From Neoechinorhynchus agilis (taxonomy: Eukaryota > Animalia > Acanthocephala): a DNA stretch of 64,000 nucleotides. Below the pieces are notes generated by a model that worked only from the letters and a program-made list of their open reading frames with translations, ran no database searches and was not told the DNA's origin. Each line of letters begins with the position of its first letter. Position 1 is the stretch's first letter. The position numbers were made by a program, and so were the translations under genes. The DNA is taken from NCBI GenBank assembly GCA_051530055.1, contig CM121341.1, forward strand, positions 12,688,784-12,752,783, given 5' to 3'. Positions 24,637 to 37,287 of this stretch are shown piece after piece.

Positions 24637-25954
24637 TTTAACAATAAATGAATGATCAGCCGACCAGCGAAAATTAGAATTGACATTGATTTTAGAAGAG
24701 CGATTAATCGTTGTATTTGCCAAACTTTGATACTAAAATCGGGATTTGTGATTAAAAACCTGCTTTGCTGGTAGTGAAATATTCGAAAAAGATTGTAACG
24801 AGAACAATATCCGTTGTTGCATTTATTAAAAGTAGTCTTCATCGTTAAGGACGATCATCGATTTTCCAGAGCTGAATGATTTTGTATTCGTGGAGAACGT
24901 TGATCGCTCTACCGATCAAGTGCGAATTGTGAATTTCAGCATTGCTGAACTTGTTAACAATTTGGGTTTTATCACGTTAGAAACACGATTGGTATAAAAG
25001 AGAAGCCGTTCTTCCTACACCTTACTGATATCCATAATCCGGACACAAATTTCGTTAATCCTTTTTAATCTCTCGCTCTTCCACTTTCTGTACCGCTTTT
25101 CACTAAACACCTTTGATGCAGATTCCTCCGAGTAAGAAGATTCGAAATTTAAGTGGATATTAAATGTTTTCCTGTTATTCGTGTGAATCTATGAATCAAG
25201 CGTGCATAAAGAACAAATCTAGAGAAAAAGAGCTTCCAGTGATAAACATTCCAAATTCACTAAAACTAGCGATGAAGATTATTACGACTTTTATCAGAAC
25301 ATTCGAGTGGAAGAGAGCGAAATCCGGCTTACGTTCATGTCTAACAGAGTAATCAAATTTCAATCAAATATTTAGAATTTTATTTTGTGAGAAACGGCCT
25401 CTGACTTCATATTAATAAAGCATCAAATTGGGTTCATCGTTTCTTCTTTACTTTCCGTTGATGTAGAAGGACAAGTTTCAAATATTTGCATAGAAACGGA
25501 TGGGTACTGCTGATTTAAAGGAAAACTTATTAAACGGTATGTAAAGACTTTTTATCCGTTTGATTAAGATACAAATGATATTTTGTATTAGTGAGTGTAG
25601 TTCCTCTCAATGTAACTTATACAACGTATTTTTTGAGAATCGGCACAAGGAAGATTTTGAATTTCGGTAGATTATTCGTGATTCCTTGGGTGTCTTTGCG
25701 ATCAATTGACTGTTCAGATCAAAGAAGACTGATAAATTATGCGCCTAACCGTTGATCAGTGACGTTTCTGCAGGTTTAAAAGCAAATTCGGGAGTCTTTA
25801 TTCAGAGCAAAAGCCGAATGGTAAAGCTCTTATAGTTTACTATAGTTTCCAACGTAAATCCGATATTTATGGCTAAAATATGGTTATAAGTGTTGCTCAC
25901 ATGCACACGTCTTGTTAAACCCGGCGATTACAATGGTTGAACTTTACACATCAT

Positions 25955-27171
25955 TTAGGTAGTGCTGCCATTTGAGACAATTTTGCTTATTGCCTTTAAA
26001 CAATAAGGTTTTTTAGTTGTTTTTTCAAAATTTGAACACAGGTTTACCTCTATGTTATTCAGCACTTTGCGAACCATACTTCCTGCAAGGTTTTGACTAC
26101 GTTGGACTTTTGCAATTCGATCGGAATTGCCGTTCGATCGAACACCACTATCTCCATCCGATGGGATGTATTTGTATCCATGACTAAACTTTTGAAGCAG
26201 CGGGGTTAAATTATTATTACTCTGGGCTTGGCCATTATTTTCCCCATTTCGTGATTCAATTCGCTTGTTGTTCCGTACACTTGATATCTCGTCTTTAAGC
26301 AACTGGACTTGTTCTTTAAATTTGGATCTCTCGATTTCCAGTTCGGTCTCTTGGAGAACTGTTTTCTCAAGAACCTACCGGAAAGTAATGAAGGATATTA
26401 TGGGAGCAAGTTAAAGTAAAAAAATTAGTTTCCTAATACATTTTCGAAAATTCAGAGCACTGATCGATATTTGTTCATTTTAATGGCACTCTTCAAAAGT
26501 AACCTAATTCGGATTAACCGAAATAAAATATTTATTTGCCTAATGCAAGTAAGCAACTTTTAAGTACGTAAAATGATCAAAGCCGAAATGCAAAAAAAAC
26601 AAGTGGTAAAGAAATGAATGTTTGATTGCACGATTAAATTGAAGTTGTGAGCATTGTGTATACCCTGTTTAATTCAGCTTCACATTTTTCCATCGATGCC
26701 TTCATAATCCTCCCGGCTCGTTCCATATCTTCATTGGTTCTTTCCAAACTCTTAATTCGTTCCTTTAGCTCACAAATCACGGACTCTTTCGACTGAATGG
26801 TCATTGACATTTGCTCACACTTTCGTCGGTTCTGATCCTTTAAAATATCGTTCTCTTCCTGTATACTTTTTATTCGTAAAAATCTAAAGCATTCAATTGA
26901 AATATAAATCCAACCTGTTTCGCTTTCAACTGCTTTTCTACAGCATGGACCCTGTTTTCAACCTTCTTTAAAGCTCGTTCATATTCTTCAAGTTGACTTT
27001 TAGACTCCGCTTCTAATTCGGTTGATGTTTTATGATAATCCATATAGTCAGCGTGTAAAGATTCGTACCTTTAAACGCACAAAGTAAATCATTTCTTTAT
27101 AAATGCTCAACAAACGCCGCTTTCCAATATTCAACAGCAGTATTGTCACGCTCAGAATAATCTTCTTCCAT
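25955..27171 (-). CDS. NDE1: NudE/NDE1-NDEL1 family coiled-coil dynein regulator, multi-exon (3' end uncertain)
   Basis: AVEYWK, STELEAESKSQLEEY, IKSLERTNEDMERAGR and QVQLLKDE align with NudE YWK, SRELEAELE, IRELEQANDDLERAKR and VQRLKDE. Confidence 0.75.
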
Positions 27172-28512
27172 CTGAAAGAGAGCTTAAAATTAGTTAAAAA
27201 ATGATTAAAATTATTTCGAATTTTAGATTTTGGTAATCATTTGGAGATTTCTCGATCACTTTGTGGATCTAAAATTCCTTTTGAATTAAAAGTACGGAGC
27301 ATGTCGAGTCGATGAACATTTCTTAAACGGTTCAATAGATTAATAGTTTTTAGTATGAAAATACAAAAAAAGAAGAAATATAAAGACTGTCCATTCTTAA
27401 TATCCAGTTTTGTATTTTCGAAAATAAACACTTGAATGGGCTGTTGTAATGGCAAAAGGAAAAATCTTTGAGCTTTCGACGTCTTACAGTACACAAAAAA
27501 GTTCAAAAATCGAGAATGAGCAATCTTTGCTTTTATGTTCATATGGAAAACTACGTTTTTAATAAATCGTCTAATAAAAGCATAGGCTATATAAAAAATA
27601 AGAGCTTCTATAGGTTTGAGAGACTTAGAATAGAAACGAATCATCGATTTGATTTCCCTGCATCTTTCAACATGTCTTTAACAGGAGGGCCAAGCGACTA
27701 ATCTTAAAAAAGTAACCGATTTTTTGCTCGAATTTTTTCAATATAAACCGTTTACCGCCGATGGAGTCCATTTGACAAGTCAAAACTGAAAACACGGCTA
27801 CTAATCTAGTAGAAAATACGGAATTCAAAACTCTTTTTTAACACTTCAAGCAATGATCTTTGATTTTGAAAGATAAACCGTGAAATTTGATTAGCGATTG
27901 AACATAATACTTGTCCATTTAATAATCAACAGAGAAAATCCTTCGAGATAATCGGTGCATAATTTCGGTGAAAATAGTCTCGGGCATGACCAAAAATTGA
28001 TTTATTTGAAATGTTGCTAACGAGCTTTTACACATTAGAAGACTTTTTATAAAATCATGTCATCGCCCGAATTCCAACAACCATTGAATAAGCTCCAAAC
28101 GACTAGAAAAACTTAAGAATCGTATTTCAAAGCACATAAACACGAGACATTCGACTTGTAAAGGTCAAGCAATGAAGGCGATCTGAAAGAATCGTCATCT
28201 AATTTTGGAATTATTGTTTCTATTACTAACAAACTGATGATAAACCCGACGAGGCTTGATACGTCTTCAAGAAACAAAATCATTTACCGCGGATGTAGAA
28301 TTCTAAACCATAATTTCAATCAAATTCCACCCCCCCCGCGGTACCTCATCACATATCGACATTATCTAATTTTGTCCTTTGAAACATAAACTGCTTTCCA
28401 GACGATTATTTGTTTATCAGCTAAGAGATAGAGTTGCGATTTTATCACTTGTATTGTTGTCCGAATGTCTTAGACATTCCTGAAGAAATAAGCACGTTGA
28501 TTTCGGAATTCC

Positions 28513-28823
28513 TATTGAAAAATGGGGCATAAAGATACTTAATTCGAGCGACGGCACGAACAAGGTAGAATGTTGCTTGAACATCATCCACAAAACGACA
28601 CTTAGTCATTTCGACGAAGCATGAGGAGCTTTTTTACGGATCTCGGCGGAATGTGCCGTTTCCGGAATATTGAAAAATGGGGCATAAAGATACTTAATTC
28701 GAGCGACGGCACGAACAAGGTAGAATGTTGCTTGAACATCATCCACAAAACAACACTTAGTCATTTCGACGGAGCATGAGGAGCTTTTTTACGGATCTCG
28801 GCGGAATGTGCCGTTTCCGGAAT
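28513..28823. repeat. Tandem duplication, 2 x 155 bp
   Basis: 28513-28667 vs 28668-28823, two substitutions seen. Confidence 0.95.
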
Positions 28824-29371
28824 GAGTCGTCTAGTTGATTTTAATGGTGATCCGGAGAAAAGCTATAAAGCAAATATTCAGATATTGGTCTGAAGAGGAA
28901 TCGTTAAAGTACTCATAGCGATCATTTCTATAGTTTGAATCTCAACTGTCTGCACCACAACAGAAAGCAAGCGAAGGAAATTTGAAGCTGATTTTCGCAG
29001 TGAGAATTGTCACCATCTTCTAAAACTTAATTTTGAATTATAGGATCGATTTTCAATTTTCATGTGTACGGTCATCGCGCAGTCTATTGGCAAATCCGAG
29101 ACCTTATTGAGATTTCCCGGAAAAACAACTCTCCTCAAGTCGTATAGAAGAGAACTAAGAGAGAGATTTACAATTAATGGTATAAAAAAACCACAGCGAC
29201 TGTCTATTGATTGTGAATGCAATTCAGTCATATTTCGTAATTGAATCATTTTTTGAATTTTTTATGACTATGATATGTCTTTGTGATTGAACGGGCGTGA
29301 ATCACCCTTTGACATTTGGTTCGGCGACATTCTGTTAGGTTGTTGTAAAGAATTTTTTTGTTTACATATGT

Positions 29372-29530
29372 ATTTTTGGTGATGAGAGAAGAATAGATAT
29401 TGATGTCCGTCTCGTCGGACTTCAAATTTTTAATTTTCAATATTTTAATAACCTAAAGAAGTCCGACGAAATTGATGAAATATTTTTGAATTAATACATT
29501 TAATCTTTATTCTTTTCTCATCACAAAAAC
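29372..29530. repeat. Decayed inverted pLTR/HHR pair (gtccgacgag family)
   Basis: gtccgtctcgtcggacttc at about 29405 faces ctaaagaagtccgacg at about 29453; both arms end ttctcatcac. Confidence 0.65.
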
Positions 29531-29621
29531 GTTTTGTTAATAAAAAATTTGCTGTGAGTTTTTGTTTAAACATTTATGCTTCTATCCACAGCTCCATTAG
29601 AGTTCAAACACACACATGAAT

Positions 29622-32609
29622 TCACTTGAGCTCATCATCACCCACAAATTCGAAGATTCTGCAGATAACGTCCCTGGGAATGGGCCTGTATATTGGATTA
29701 GAGGATTTGCATTCAGAATCGTGACATTTGAAGAAATAAACTCTCTCCGCCAAATCTATATTGATCCTAAATACAAGCGAGGTTTCTTCGACAAACCGAA
29801 CTGCTTCACCTTACTTGATGTGATTTGATTTATGGTGTCTTTTCAGTCTATCGCAGTATCTAAATTGGCCTCCAATCTCAAACGAATACATCTTTGAAGC
29901 CGGATTGTACGTACGTCGGACGAACACTCATCGTCTACGTTGTCTTCCCCTCTCATTCACAATGAGTATTCGGGTTCTACACTTCCTAACATGGCCCTGG
30001 TGATCGGGTTCATCGATTAGCAAACGAATGAACTCATCAAGGCACGGAAACGGCGATTGAAAACCTATTGAGTTTATCGGATGCTTTACTAATTGACTTG
30101 TTGATGAAGTCATGACTGTTTTATCTTCTTTAAAAGTAGCTGCTTCAATGTAAGAAGTTTCCGAATTCGTACCCACATTGCACACTAGTGACCACATGAA
30201 AATCTCTCGATCAGCTGATCCATGTTTTCCGATTCGCCAAAACGAGTTCTCCTCAGCAACCAAAAGTTCGTCCCGTCGGTTTAATTTAGACGATCTATAC
30301 ATCCTAAAGTTTTGATTTTTACCATAGACGGCCATGTCGAAGAACCAACAGTGACGAATCGCTTCGTTTTTTTTGCTAGATACCACGTTTAATTTTAAAA
30401 GCTCATCGCGTGGAAATTTGTCGAGAAATGCTCTCGATTTGGTGCCAGTAATGAACTCTGCGAGAATAGTTTTTTCGCAGGGTTATACAAGCTCTCGATG
30501 TGCATAATTTTTATTTGATTCAATTTTTTAAATATAAGGTTTTGTATTCTTTTTGTAGTTTTGGCTTTTCCGATATTTCACGTCAGAATGAGAAACCTTG
30601 CGAAAATGTCGGAATTATCCGAGAGGTAAAATATTGGGGAAATAAATTAGTAAAAGTTTAAATTCGGGGTTCCCTTCGAAGACAATAAGGATTTGTATAC
30701 ATTTTGAAAAACGTCGTCAGATTTAGTTAAAGTGGGGCGATCACCAAAAGTCTTGGGGTCAAGAGAATCTGATGATGAGCTGAAAAGCGAATGTAGTTTT
30801 AGTGAGATGCTTTACAAAATTGACCCAAGTTGAGACTGATACTCGTTGATCTTTGTTAAGACTGAGTATAAGGTGAAAAGTATAAGCAATTTTGAATGGT
30901 AAAGAGTTTCAACCTCGCACATGCGTAAGATCCTTATTTTTCTAGAAATGCGTGAAAATATCTTCTCAGATTTCACAGTAGATGATAAGAAAGGTTAAGC
31001 TGGATAAACCGAGATCATTGCTGGCACTATAAGCGATTCTCTTGTTCTGTAAGGATGCATTCAAGCGCACTTCGGATGCAATTCACCAATGTGCCTATTA
31101 TTTTCAGTTAGAGAAATCAAGAGCAATTACTAACCGGCGACAGCATTTGATGCGAATAGTAGGCGCGGATGGTTGAATATCAGATGCCGACTGAACTTTT
31201 GTTCGTTTCTATGAGTTCACATTGAACATTTTATCAATAACGAGTGCACCACCTTGATTGGAGAACTAAAACGTCTTTGCTAGTCACATCAGGAACTATT
31301 AAGAGGGTCGAAATAGCGATGCATACAATCTAAGAAGATCCATTGAACAAGGGCTCTAAGAGTTCGAATGCACTGACCTCTATGAACATTCGTGTTAATT
31401 CGGTTCCTTCCAATTTAGGGTTTGAATCGATTTTAAATTCGAGATCAAAGTATAACTTGCATGGAGCTCCTTAAAAGGAAATATAGAATAAAAAGCGAAA
31501 CCCAGTTTTGTTGCACTGATAAGACCTCGAGCGAACAGGGAGTAAAAAGTCATGAAGTTCAAATACTTTAGTGCTTGTTTATGGCTGAAAAATTGAAGGA
31601 ATTTATTAAATACGATATTTCGGCACAATCTATTGGCGCCGAAATATCGTACTTGATAAATTCCTTCAATTTTTCAGCCATAAAAGAACATAAATAGTTC
31701 AATCTTAAAGAGGTGACCACATGAGTATATTTATTGGTGTCTGTGAGGTCTTGGATATAACTTAGAGGATCGCAAGCATTATTGTGGTATAATAATTGTA
31801 TTAAAGTATTTCGTTGTAAACAAGTTGTTCATATATATGTTTTTTTGGTGATATGAAAAATAAAGATTGATTAATTATTCAAACATTTTTCGTCCGCCTC
31901 GTCGGACTTCTTCAGGTTGTTTGTAAGATTTTTCAAGTATGAAAAACGCATTGGTCCGACGAGACGGGCGAAATATTGGGAATTAATAAATCAATCTCTA
32001 TTCTTCTCATCACAAGAGATACATTTAAAGTATTTCGTAGATTTGCGAGGCTCAAAGGTGTTGATGCTTTATAGGAGGCATATAAGTGGGGCGCAACCAT
32101 TGAGTAAAATTTAAACTGTGAACAGTTTTGACGATACCTTCCAAAATAAGTTCGTAATAATGCCTGAGCCTAGCCGGCAACTGTCTTTACTTGTAAACGC
32201 ACAATGAAAAATGGTCTAAAATGCAAGAACTTACTTGTAAAAGTGGTAAAGATCATTATACGATGTTACAATAAATATCCGCCGTCCACCGCCAGCAACC
32301 GACTCAAAAGAAAACGCGTGAACGTCTATGGATTCATGATCAGTGTTGAATTCGTTCATGTGATCAACCGCCTGAGTCAAGGTTTTAAAAGCCTTCCATC
32401 TTGCATGGATTGGGTTAATCAGATGAATATCGTATGGAGCGACTGCTCGTCGAGGATGGATAATCGGCATAATGTCATAACGCTCAGCACGACGTTCAAT
32501 GGACCTTAGCAATGTCCATTGTCGAAGACTATGAAGTTGATTATGGTCGCGCCAAAAGGCTTTAAATTTACTTCTTTGTATACCGCAATTTCTGAGAATT
32601 GTCAGCCAT
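29622..32609 (-). CDS. PRIMPOL: PrimPol primase-polymerase, about 10 exons
   Basis: HAFSFES..GRRIFIVTSY, HYYELI, CKLYFDLEF, KFSRHLIF, FDMAVYGKNQNFRMYRSSK, RYCDRLKRHHKSNH, FKCHDSEC; introns of 44, 48, 55 and 65 nt mapped by frame. Confidence 0.93.
30561..30700. repeat. Family S repeat copy in a PrimPol intron
   Basis: aatgtcggaattatccgagagg...ggaaataaattagt matches 45690-46385 (rc) and 37006-37155. Confidence 0.8.
31578..31684. repeat. Foldback with 47-bp arms in a PrimPol intron; arms begin with the 3' half of an HHR (gccGAAATATC)
   Basis: 31578-31624 pairs with 31638-31684, two mismatches. Confidence 0.85.
31842..32016. repeat. Inverted pLTR/HHR pair (gtccgacgag family) in a PrimPol intron
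   Basis: - strand CTGAAGA-A-GTCCG(acgagg)CGGAC-GAAA at about 31882-31918 with damaged cleavage triplet; partial + copy at 31953-31980. Confidence 0.75.
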
Positions 32610-32799
32610 ACCGCGGTTTGTATAGTCTAGAAAGCTTTAGCTAATCGATCAATGATTGAAAGTTGCGAGCCGATTTGAAAAGTATTGGTTAACAAGAATG
32701 CCAGGACATCTACTTTAACACTTCTTCGTAATTTTAAGTTCTTCGATGTTAGGCTATAAAGAAGATAATCCTTCAGATAAAAGATATTATATAGCCTTA

Positions 32800-33560
32800 T
32801 GTCTTCTGGCTAGCCGATTATATCAATTATGTGTTTGAACATCACTTACTCTTCTTTCTCCTTCAGGTACCCTCAATCTCTGTTTCAGGGTTGCTGAAGA
32901 TAAGAAACTCATTGATGCATCCCGCCTCTTCAGAAGATATCTGAGAATCCGGAGGGATGCATACAAAACTCTTTACCGCGCATGGTTCAAAGTTTAGGTG
33001 ATTTCATTCGCTTCCCTGATCCAAGATATCGGTTGGCTTAGTACTTGAAGGAAAAGCCGAGTAAGGGATGTTCTGGCACTTCATTAACATTGTATTGATT
33101 TGAAATATTTCGAAAGAGGAAGCCTATCCTCGTTAGGAATTGTAAATAGTTTCCTGATAAATGAGAAATTCCATAGTGTTTACTGGCAAACCGGTTAAAT
33201 TGATTCAAAAATAGGACTTTCCCTCCTCGGTTTTTTGGTTTTCCTTTTTAGGCATAAAACCACACCGATCTCTTACATCAGGGAAGTGATTGAATCACTT
33301 AGACTCTGAACTACACTGTCATGAGTTTTGTACGCATCCCTCTGGATCCTCAGATATTTCCCGAGAAAGCGAGACTAATCAGTAAGCTTGCCCCGCCTCC
33401 TCGGGAGGAATCTGAGAATCCGGACGGGGATGTACAAACTCTTTACCGCGCATGGTTCAAAGTCTAGGTGATTTCATTCGCTTCCCTGATCCAAGATATG
33501 GGTTTGGCTGTATGCCTAAAAGGGAAAATAAGCCGAATAAGAAATGTTCTTTAAAGAATA
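32800..33560. repeat. Cluster of four family R copies in alternating orientation
   Basis: - end 32800-32850, + 32890-33085, - about 33210-33390, + 33390-33550. Confidence 0.8.
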
Positions 33561-33775
33561 AATGAAAAAGTTAAAAAGCTGTTTTTCGCACTGAAAGTTA
33601 TCTCGAAACCATTTACAATCAATGATGAGGTTTCCATGCGACCATTCATTCAATATAATATTTTCTATCCGTGGGAGAAGGATTATGATCTTTACATCTC
33701 TTGACTCTCGATGATGTAGAATGCGCATAGAGCCTCTTTAAAGGTATTAATGACGAAAGTGAAAAAACTTAGAAT

Positions 33776-34063
33776 TATACTTTTGGTGAAAATAATCCCA
33801 GTCATCACATATTTGATTTATAGGGAAACTATTTCGAACGAAGTAACCTCGCCTCATCAACTGGAATATTTAAAAATTTACAATCAATGACTGATGAGGC
33901 AACCTATTTGATTTATTTGAGATATTTCGAACGAAGTAATCTCACCTCATCAACTGGAATATTTAAAAACTTGCAATCAATGACTGGTGAGGTCACTTCG
34001 TTCGGAATATTTCCCCTATAAATCACATAGTTTATGAATGGGATTGTTTTCACCAAAAGTATA
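33776..34063. mobile_element. MITE-like element, about 75-bp imperfect TIRs, internal ~90-bp direct repeat
   Basis: tatacttttggtgaaaa ... ttttcaccaaaagtata; TA at both ends, compatible with a Tc1/mariner-type TSD. Confidence 0.75.
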
Positions 34064-34342
34064 CTTTGTTTAACCCGAAGGATTTTCTCTGTCGATGATT
34101 AAACTTAGTATTATTCAAATAAGATCCGTTCTTATCTGATTTTTCAATCACGGTCATTTTCGTACGTAAATTAAGGAAAGTGCCCGATTAAAACATATTG
34201 CGACTTTAAACTAAAGACAAGGAGATTTCTTTGAATTACGTTTGATGAACGGTTCCGAAAAACAGAGCGGATACATTCAAATGATTTTAGAGTTCTCAGC
34301 CCAAGCGTTCATCCAGATCTATTTTTAAATTCAACCGAGCAC

Positions 34343-34770
34343 TCACATAGACTTGAACACCCTCATTCTCTCAGGCAACTTCATGTCATCGTCGAGGATG
34401 AATACGCGAAACCGTGATTCGGGAATTCGGTTTAACGGTTTTGCGATTGGAGGTCGGTCAAATAAATCACAAAGGTTAGGCGAGAGACCGATCATCGAGT
34501 CAGGGACCAGTGGGATCTTGGGAAACAATGAGACGAAGTTGGATAGATCATTTCCGTCACCGTCTATAACCCGTTTATAAGAATTCAAGATCCGTTCCAT
34601 GGCACAAAGCGTTTCGTCGTACGTTGGTTGGACAGCACGAACCTTTGGAGGCGGTCCCGTATTCGTAGAAGTGCGATTTCCATGTTTTCGCTTCTCCGGA
34701 GTAGACATTCAATCGACAAAAAAACGTCCTCGCCATTAAGAATCTTTTGTTTTCTAACTTCTTTCGGCAA
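34343..34770 (-). CDS. Overlapping unidentified ORFs, possible exon(s) of an unknown gene
   Basis: ORFs 34343-34708 and 34585-34770; gtgagt donor-like site near 34345; no family recognised. Confidence 0.25.
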
Positions 34771-34844
34771 AATGAGGTTATTTGAATTATTGTTTGTTTA
34801 TGGCGTAAAACATTAGGACGCTGAAGTGACAAACTTGCGAAACA

Positions 34845-34886
34845 ATTGACTGAAGAAGGCCAACGAAAATGCCGAAAATTTTCAAT
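34845..34886 (+). ncRNA. Minimal type I hammerhead ribozyme
   Basis: ATTGA-CTGAAGA-A-GGC(caacgaaaat)GCC-GAAA-ATTT-TCAAT; 5-bp stem I, palindromic AATT, UUU triplet; stem II only 3 bp. Confidence 0.75.
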
Positions 34887-34940
34887 ATGAATCTATTTCT
34901 GAATCTCGCGAAATTATGATAAACACACCACCACCACCCG

Positions 34941-35508
34941 ATGATTCCAAAACGACATTCTCCCTACAGTTTCTATAGTGACGATCTTGTGGTTTCCATT
35001 TTCAACAAACCAAAATGCATGCCGTCGTATATTGTCGTAAAATGTGATCGGTACAAACGATGGCTTTGGATATTTACAGCATTTGCTACGGTTCAGTCAA
35101 CGGCGGCCTCCCACGCTCTCCTTTCGTGCTTGATGATTTTCGCTCTAGTTGAAGCATTTAAGCTGACCAGTGCATCTTTTCAAAGAAAAGAGATACTAAC
35201 TCTATCAATATCTTCGCTCATTGTGCTAAAGAGCCACACGTTTGATAAAGCAATGTTGCATTTATTCTGTCTAAAGATCTTCATCATATCCATGACTTCT
35301 AACGTTTTTATTTCTCTTCTATGTGATAAGTATATTGATTCTGGTGTACTGTGAACTTTTAATCCAGAATCATCATATTAAAAGAACTTTTCTCATTCCT
35401 GTAATCGCTTGTATTTTTAAAATTGGATCTTGGACGAGGTCCAACTCAATCACAGGATTATTTGTGTGTGTTATTGTCATCTATTGTAGATCGAGATCAC
35501 GAGGATGA
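34941..35508 (+). CDS. Hydrophobic ORF(s), possible multi-pass membrane protein
   Basis: 137-aa plus 61-aa ORFs with several hydrophobic stretches; unrecognised. Confidence 0.25.
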
Positions 35509-37005
35509 ACGATGGAATCTTCTTTCAAGCCGAAAGATCTGCGAATGCTGATATCATTAAACGCGAAAATCGATTTAATAAACATCGACTCATAACATCT
35601 TTTCCTCTGGTAATCGATAAATAATTAAAAACGAAATTATAATAATCCATCCTTATTTAAATTTGCCTATAACATTTTCTTTCCTAAAGCTCTCTATACA
35701 TTAATTTTATATTACGCATTGATATATTTGTTTGAAGATTGAATTATTTATGTTTATTTCGGCACAAACTTGTGTAAAGAAATATAGGATTTAATAAAAT
35801 TCCTACAATTTTTACGCCATAAACAAGCATTGATAAGTGTCTATTTTTTATTCGAAATGCTAACTAGCTCTAAATATCTTTACTAATATCGAATTCATAA
35901 CAAGGATTTGGAATCCCAAACCTGTTGTTCATTGTCCTGATTTCTTAATAATGACAAAGTCAAAAACTACATTTATTAGGGACGGTAGTCAAAGTACAAA
36001 GGAAATAAATATCTGTAAGACCAAGAAGCGAAATCAAATCTAACGAGACAGGGGAAAATTAAAATTTAGATCCATGGATGATCAAGCGAGAAGGGAACAA
36101 ACAACAGGAAGGTCCGCCAAAACGATCTCAGAGAGATTTTGTCGTCTGTAGAAAGGATTGATTTTTATAAAAAGTTACAATTACTATTTGAAAACGACAA
36201 GTGCACTATTTAGTTCAGAGAAAACAAAACTAAAACACCCTAATAGGTTAACCTGCCTAAATTTGATCATACAATTATGTAATTTTCAAGCAAATTGATT
36301 GCTCATTTTGAATAAAGGTTTTAAATTTAGAATTTATAAAAATGGATCATGTAAGCACAAAATATGAGCAAGAATAAAAGTGATTCAGAGATGATTAAAA
36401 AAAGAATCTCTACTTGATTTTTTATTGACCACATTTACGCTTGAGGATTAAATTCGATTTTCAAAGACATGACAAAAATTCTACAAAAACCATAGAGATT
36501 TATTTCAGTAATAAAAGTGCAATTAATCAAGTTTAAATCGTCTATCCAGTGACCGAAGAAGGCAACTAGGCTGATTTCTAGCAAACAATTGACAGGGCTT
36601 TGCATCTAATAAAAGTTAAATGGATTCTAAGATCAGTGTAGAAGAACAGCTTCATTCCGAGATGAGATAAGCGGATAAAATCTCCAATTGAAAATCACGA
36701 GGCAATGTTCCTTAAGAGATCTTCCGTATGAAGTCTACTTTCTTTTATCATTAATGCACTAAAATGTGTTTTATCCGGAACTATCCCGTAGGATTTTCTT
36801 TTGGTGATTAAAGATTAAGATAGCTTCTCTTTCCATCAATGCAAAATTTGACCAAACTCTGTGAGTTCAACTGATTTGAAACATTTTTTATATTTCCTAA
36901 GTCTTCATTAAATTTGGAGGCTAAATATGTTTTAAAGCCAAAATCGGAGAAACGAGTGTTCTATATCAAGGATGTCAGTATTGCTTTTAGTTAACCCAAC
37001 TAATT

Positions 37006-37155
37006 GATTTCCCCAATATTTTACCTCTCGGTTCCGATCACGTTATTCTGACGTGAAATATCGGAAATAAATTAGTAAAAGTTTAAATCCGGTTGGGGGG
37101 TTGCAAAACTACCAAAAGAAAGCATGTTTTCCCCCACCTAAATAGTTTGCAAATC
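37006..37155. repeat. Family S repeat copy
   Basis: gaaatatcggaaataaattagt...gcaaaactaccaaaagaa matches the 45690-46385 array. Confidence 0.8.
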
Positions 37156-37287
37156 GAAATCATAGCAATAGAAAGTTTGTGATCTTTGACTCAGTTTGCT
37201 TTAAGTTTCTTATAGTTATAAGATGTTATTTTATAATCGGGTATCAACGCTAATAACTCATTTCAGATTGCTTTTTTCTCATCAGCA

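Noticed and set aside
24640-25900. Exon-like fragments on the - strand between GGH and NudE
   Set aside because: No consistent frame or recognisable motif could be assembled
27075-27115. Apparent in-frame stop and missing donor in NudE exon 1
   Set aside because: A canonical 47-nt GT-AG intron resolves it at the cost of one heptad
33880-33910. ctgatgaggcaacc inside the MITE
   Set aside because: Not followed by GAAA; part of the element's internal inverted repeat
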